Assembly: GCA_963663865.1 (NCBI GenBank)
Contig: OY760686.1
Coordinates: 736,001-800,000, forward strand
Direction: 5' to 3'
Origin: Spirochaetota bacterium
Lineage (GTDB): Bacteria; Spirochaetota; UBA4802; UBA5550
DNA length: 64,000 nucleotides
Part shown: in pieces, positions 59,719 to 64,000 of the stretch
Position numbering within the stretch: position 1 is the stretch's first letter
Layout of the letters: each line of letters opens with the position of its first letter
Notes under the pieces: generated by a model
What the model was told of the DNA's origin: nothing
The model's input: the letters and a program-made list of their open reading frames with translations, nothing else
Databases searched by the model: none
Position numbers and translations under genes: made by a program

Positions 59719-61410
59719 TCAGGAAACCCGGTTTAACACGGCCACCAGTTCTGATGTGGTGAAGGGCTTCATAACAAGTTCTCTGATTCCGGAGTCCTTA
59801 ATTGTTTCCCGGGTAAGGTTCTCATTGAAACCTGTGCATAGTATTACGGGGATATCAGGGCGGAGTGACATAATCTTAGCGGCCAGATCGAGACCGTCCA
59901 TCTCGGGCATGGTCATATCAGTAATCACAATGTCGAAAGCGCTGATGTTACTTGTGAATGAATTCAGAGCTTCAGTGCTCGAAGTGAAAAACTCAACATC
60001 ATATCCAAGAATTTTAAGAAGCTGAGCGCTTGTCCTGGCGATCATTTCCTCGTCGTCGACAAGCATTATCCTTTTTGCGGTCATCCCAGGAAAACTCTCC
60101 ACCACTGGTTTTGCCGCCTCCCGGTCCGAGGCTAAAGGCAGATATATCTTAAAGGTCGTTCCTCTTTCCGGTTCGCTGTAGACATTTATTGAGCCCCCGT
60201 GTTTTTTTACGATGCCGTGGATTATTGAAAGCCCGAGACCGGTGCCCTTGCCGCGGGGTTTTGTTGTGAAAAAAGGCTCAAACATCCTCTCCTGAACATC
60301 CCTGCTGATTCCGGAACCGTCATCAGTCACATCAATCACGAAATGCCAGCCTTCGCTGAGTCCAGGGTGGGTTTTCAGGAAGTGAAGGTCGGCATAGATG
60401 TTAGCGCAGGAAATGTAGATATGACCCTTTCCTTCCGGCATGGAGTGATATGAGTTTGTGCAGAGATTAAGCATAACCTGACTTATCTGAGTCGTATCCG
60501 CAAGAACAGTTCCTGAGTCGGCTTTTATATCAGTGACAATATCAACAGACGCCGGTATTGCTGACCTGACCAGTTTTACCGTATCAAGAAAATGGGGGAT
60601 AATATCGACCGGTTCGAGGTTATCCGCGCTGCTGTGACTGATGCTTAGAAGCTGAGTTACAATATCCCTTGCCCTGAAAGAAGCCCCCAATATTTGTTTC
60701 AGGCTGTCCCCGATTTCTGGATCAAGGTCATTGCTTTTAAGGCTTAACTCTGTAAGCGAGATTATCGCAGCCAGAATATTGTTAAAGTCATGGGCAATGC
60801 CCCCCGCGAGAGCGCCTATTGCTTCCATTTTCTGGGCATGATTCATTCTGCTTCTAAACTCTTCCTTCTCCGCTTCGGCAATTCTGGATTCGGTGATGTC
60901 TCGGAAGATGCCAAGAATGTATTCTCTGCCGTCGATCTCAATTTGCGATCCGCTTGCTTCTGTAAAAACCGGGTCAAGATTATCACGCTCAATCATGATC
61001 TCAAGGTTTTCGAAGCTTTTACCGTTGAGGCTGGAAATAAGCTTTTCAATGCTATGAGCCAGCTCCGGCGCTGTCTCCTGTTTGGCAGTGTTCTCAATGC
61101 CCTTTTTTGAGTCTAATCCGAGTATTTTAAGCATTGCGGGATTGCAGAGCTTTACATCCATCCTGCGGGGCTCAACAAGCAGAATGCCGTCGCTGGCATG
61201 ACGGTGTATCGCTCGGTATACATTTGCTGTTTCTTCCTCCGCTCGTTTCGCTCTGTCCAGCTCGGCAGTTGTAATCCGGAGTTTTGATATTTCACTCATA
61301 AGCTGAGGATAGTAGTTTTTACGTATTGAGTTTTCACCGAGGCCGATAATTTTTTCCCTGAGGCTGCCATTTTCCTCAGACTCAGCGGGCTTATCAAAGT
61401 GATTCTTCAT
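59719..61410 (-). CDS. Hybrid sensor histidine kinase (PAS-HisKA-HATPase-REC), ErcS-like
   Basis: N-terminal IIGLGENSIRKNYYPQL; AGGIAHDFNN; FEPFFTTK..GTGLGL; LVDDE...TDMTMP receiver. Confidence 0.92.
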   Translation of the reverse strand: MKNHFDKPAESEENGSLREKIIGLGENSIRKNYYPQLMSEISKLRITTAELDRAKRAEEETANVYRAIHRHASDGILLVEPRRMDVKLCNPAMLKILGLDSKKGIENTAKQETAPELAHSIEKLISSLNGKSFENLEIMIERDNLDPVFTEASGSQIEIDGREYILGIFRDITESRIAEAEKEEFRSRMNHAQKMEAIGALAGGIAHDFNNILAAIISLTELSLKSNDLDPEIGDSLKQILGASFRARDIVTQLLSISHSSADNLEPVDIIPHFLDTVKLVRSAIPASVDIVTDIKADSGTVLADTTQISQVMLNLCTNSYHSMPEGKGHIYISCANIYADLHFLKTHPGLSEGWHFVIDVTDDGSGISRDVQERMFEPFFTTKPRGKGTGLGLSIIHGIVKKHGGSINVYSEPERGTTFKIYLPLASDREAAKPVVESFPGMTAKRIMLVDDEEMIARTSAQLLKILGYDVEFFTSSTEALNSFTSNISAFDIVITDMTMPEMDGLDLAAKIMSLRPDIPVILCTGFNENLTRETIKDSGIRELVMKPFTTSELVAVLNRVS

Positions 61411-62557
61411 ACAGTCTTTCGATGTCCTTTCGAGACGCCGCTCTGGGATTGGTAACGGCGCAGGTATCCTGGGCCGCGTAATCGGCGAGAGACGGGATGT
61501 CTTCTGGTTTCACTCCAAGGTCGTTGAGCCTTGAGTAAATTCCGGAATTCTTTCTGAAGATTGACAGGCCTTCAGCCAGGGCTTCTTTTCTTTCTTCTTT
61601 CTTGAGCTTAAGTAAGGCGAGCCCCATGGCCTCTCCCAGTTGAGTATATTTTTCACTCTCTGAATCGAAGTTGAAGTTTACCACGTTTTCAAGAAGCAGA
61701 GCGTTGCATTCCCCGTGTGGAGAACCGTAAAATCCGCCGAGGCTGTGCGCCATTGCGTGAACGAGGCCGAGGCTGGCATTTGAGAAGGCGAGCCCCGCAA
61801 GAAGCGAGCCCAGCATCATCTTTTCCCGCGAGGCCATGTCATGTGGGTTCTCGACAGCCCTGCGGAGGTTTCGGCTTATCAGCTTTACTGCCTCAAGAGC
61901 GTTGAGGTCTGTTACGGGCGAGCTCGCGTTTGAAACGTATGACTCGAATGCATGAACCAGCGCGTCCATTCCAGTCTCTGCAGTAAGCTTGCTGTCCATG
62001 GTTGAGGTCGCTGACGGATCAATTAGAGAAACATCTGGTACAACACTTTTTGAAATAATAGCGAATTTGATTCTGCGTTCAGTGTCGCCAATGATTGCGA
62101 ACTGTGAAATATCTGCCGCTGTCCCGGCGGTCGTCGGAACGCAAATAAGCGGCGGACCCGGCAGTGGTACCATGTCAACTCCGGAGTAATCCGCGATTAA
62201 CCCGCCGTTTGCGGTAATAATGGCTATGCCCTTTGCGCAGTCCATGGGGCTGCCTCCGCCAACAGCAACGATAATATCACAGCTTTCGGACAGGCAGTAT
62301 TCCGCGCCTTTCATGACCTCATGATCCTTTGGATTTGGGGTTACATCGCTGAAAACGGTGCATGTTACTCCCGTGTCACCAAGGACTTTTTTGACGGAAT
62401 CTGTCCAGCCTGCTTCAATGACGCCCTCATCCGAGACGATGAGGGCCCTGCTGCCTCCCAGATTGGAGGCATATTGTCCGGCCAGGTCAATTGCTCCGGC
62501 CCCGAATAAAAATTCCGGAGCTACAAATTTTCTTAGAGGCATTGAAATTTCTGTCAC
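61394..62557 (-). CDS. ercA: Iron-containing alcohol dehydrogenase-like regulatory protein (ErcA-like)
   Basis: LRKFVAPE, GGGSPMDCAK, PTTAGT, DALVHAFE, LVHAMAH, HGECN; overlaps the kinase start. Confidence 0.8.
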   Translation of the reverse strand: MTEISMPLRKFVAPEFLFGAGAIDLAGQYASNLGGSRALIVSDEGVIEAGWTDSVKKVLGDTGVTCTVFSDVTPNPKDHEVMKGAEYCLSESCDIIVAVGGGSPMDCAKGIAIITANGGLIADYSGVDMVPLPGPPLICVPTTAGTAADISQFAIIGDTERRIKFAIISKSVVPDVSLIDPSATSTMDSKLTAETGMDALVHAFESYVSNASSPVTDLNALEAVKLISRNLRRAVENPHDMASREKMMLGSLLAGLAFSNASLGLVHAMAHSLGGFYGSPHGECNALLLENVVNFNFDSESEKYTQLGEAMGLALLKLKKEERKEALAEGLSIFRKNSGIYSRLNDLGVKPEDIPSLADYAAQDTCAVTNPRAASRKDIERLYEESL

Positions 62558-62847
62558 TTTATCCTTCCGAATCAGTGATTATTTGCCGCTTCCAGACAGC
62601 GTAACTTTTAAAAGCCAGCTCGCAGAAAATGGCCTGTGCCGAATTTCTGCAAATTATCATCTGATTGTATATCATTTATGAAAAACAATCAACAGCAAAA
62701 GGCAGAGTGCAGGAAAAAATGAATTAATATGCCAAATAATATTGACACTATTTGCCCTCCGGCGACGATATGCTCGTGCGTGCTCTATTTCAGTTGCAGC
62801 AGTGCGCATACAGGATTTTGCAGGAAATAACAATGGAGTAATATTAA

Positions 62848-63354
62848 ATGAAAACAGTAGAACGAACCAGAAAATTCGAGACGCTGATTGAAATACTGGA
62901 CCGTAACGGGAACAATCCGGCAAGGCTTATCCCGATACTTCAGGAAACTCAGGAAGTGTACAGGTATCTCCCTGAAGAGGTAATGGCCTTTGTAGCGACT
63001 TCACTCGGAATACCGCCGGCAAAGGTTTATGGAGTGGCGACTTTTTACTCGCACTTCTCTCTGACACCCAAAGGGAAGTACGTGATCAGGATATGTGACG
63101 GAACGGCCTGTCATGTAAAACGCTCGACCGCTATCCTCAATACTCTCAGGAACAAGCTGAAGCTGTCTTCCGCGAAGGAAACAACGGATGATATGCTTTT
63201 TACGATTGAGATGGTTTCATGCCTTGGGGCATGCGGCCTTGCTCCGGTTGTTGTAATCAACGAAGACGTCTATGGACAGGTTACACCGGACAAGATTAGC
63301 AAGATCGTTGATGAAATAATAGCGAAGGAGAAAGGTGAAGATGTCAAACACTGA
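62848..63354 (+). CDS. nuoE: NuoE/HydC-like [2Fe-2S] subunit
   Basis: LIPILQETQ, VATFYSHF, CDGTAC, CLGACGLAP. Confidence 0.88.
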   Translation: MKTVERTRKFETLIEILDRNGNNPARLIPILQETQEVYRYLPEEVMAFVATSLGIPPAKVYGVATFYSHFSLTPKGKYVIRICDGTACHVKRSTAILNTLRNKLKLSSAKETTDDMLFTIEMVSCLGACGLAPVVVINEDVYGQVTPDKISKIVDEIIAKEKGEDVKH

Positions 63355-64000
63355 TATATTGGATCTCAAGAAGACCAGGGCTGATTTTGAATCACGCCTT
63401 AAACAAAAGGATAAAAGGGTCATTATCTGTGCCGGAACCGCCTGTGTGGCGAACGGCGCATTGAAGGTCAGACAGGCCTTTCTTGACGCTGCTGCGGCAA
63501 GAGGAATAAAAATCGACGTTGAGCTGAGAAGCGATGACGATAAGGGAGGCGTTTACCTGTCAAAGAGCGGCTGCCAGGGATTCTGCCAGATGGGCCCCCT
63601 CGTAACAATAGAGCCGGATAACATCCTCTATACAAGGGTAAAGCCGGAGGATGTCGAGGACGTCATTGATAAGACCCTTGTTAACCACGAGCTCGTCGAC
63701 AGGCTGCTCTATGTTAACCCGGCCACTGGCGAGAAGTGCAAAAACACGGATGAGATAGAGTTTTACAAAAAGCAGCACAGGTTTGTGCTTAAGAATTGCG
63801 GTGTAGTCGATCCGGATGATATTACTGAGTATATCTCAAGAGATGGCTACTCAGCGCTGAAAAAAGCGACTGAGATGACTGACGAGGCAATCTGCCAGGA
63901 AATCCTGAAATCCGGACTTAGAGGACGAGGCGGCGGAGGCTTTCCGACCGGAAAAAAATGGGACTTTACCCGGGTTGAGAAGAATGACAAGAAGTATGTA
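63341..64000 (+). CDS. nuoF: NuoF/HydB-like NADH-binding subunit, partial
   Basis: Not in the ORF track. Manual translation from ATG 63341: ICAGTACVANGA, SGCQGFCQMGP, SGLRGRGGGGFPTGKKW. Open to the window end. Confidence 0.88.
   Translation, partial: MSNTDILDLKKTRADFESRLKQKDKRVIICAGTACVANGALKVRQAFLDAAAARGIKIDVELRSDDDKGGVYLSKSGCQGFCQMGPLVTIEPDNILYTRVKPEDVEDVIDKTLVNHELVDRLLYVNPATGEKCKNTDEIEFYKKQHRFVLKNCGVVDPDDITEYISRDGYSALKKATEMTDEAICQEILKSGLRGRGGGGFPTGKKWDFTRVEKNDKKYV

Overview
Bacterial chromosomal window of moderate GC. Many lipoproteins, a TonB-dependent receptor, HmuY-like and ComFB-like genes and HydBC/NuoEF-type subunits suggest an anaerobic diderm, most likely a spirochaete (inference). 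Housekeeping genes are leuS, lon, a PTS EIIA, an MFS transporter, an acyl-CoA synthetase-ACP-acyltransferase fusion, a Nudix hydrolase and flavodoxin. Signalling genes are dense: two class III cyclases, a class I adenylate cyclase, a 7TM-DISM GGDEF, MASE3, three membrane AraC proteins and an ErcA/ErcS-like pair. Five observations stand out. (1) A twice-repeated module of a transporter-less periplasmic binding protein plus a membrane-spanning AraC, divergent from a lipoprotein hydrolase; both copies abut a degenerate tetrapyrrole gene. (2) A 32.2-43.2 kb accessory island punctuated by same-orientation, covarying, multi-hairpin non-coding repeats and GTAG palindromes that bracket an AT-rich kinase and an Rhs toxin-immunity locus. 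(3) The rhs gene has a 10-bp x5 tandem repeat in its signal-peptide region, an 11-bp-phased motif array upstream and a truncated orphan cassette downstream. (4) A TTAG-N6-CTAA operator is shared by the flavodoxin and hmuY-TonB promoters. (5) A class III cyclase has a non-canonical specificity residue. No rRNA, tRNA, CRISPR array, integrase or transposase was recognised. All calls come from motif recognition by eye, with no database searches.
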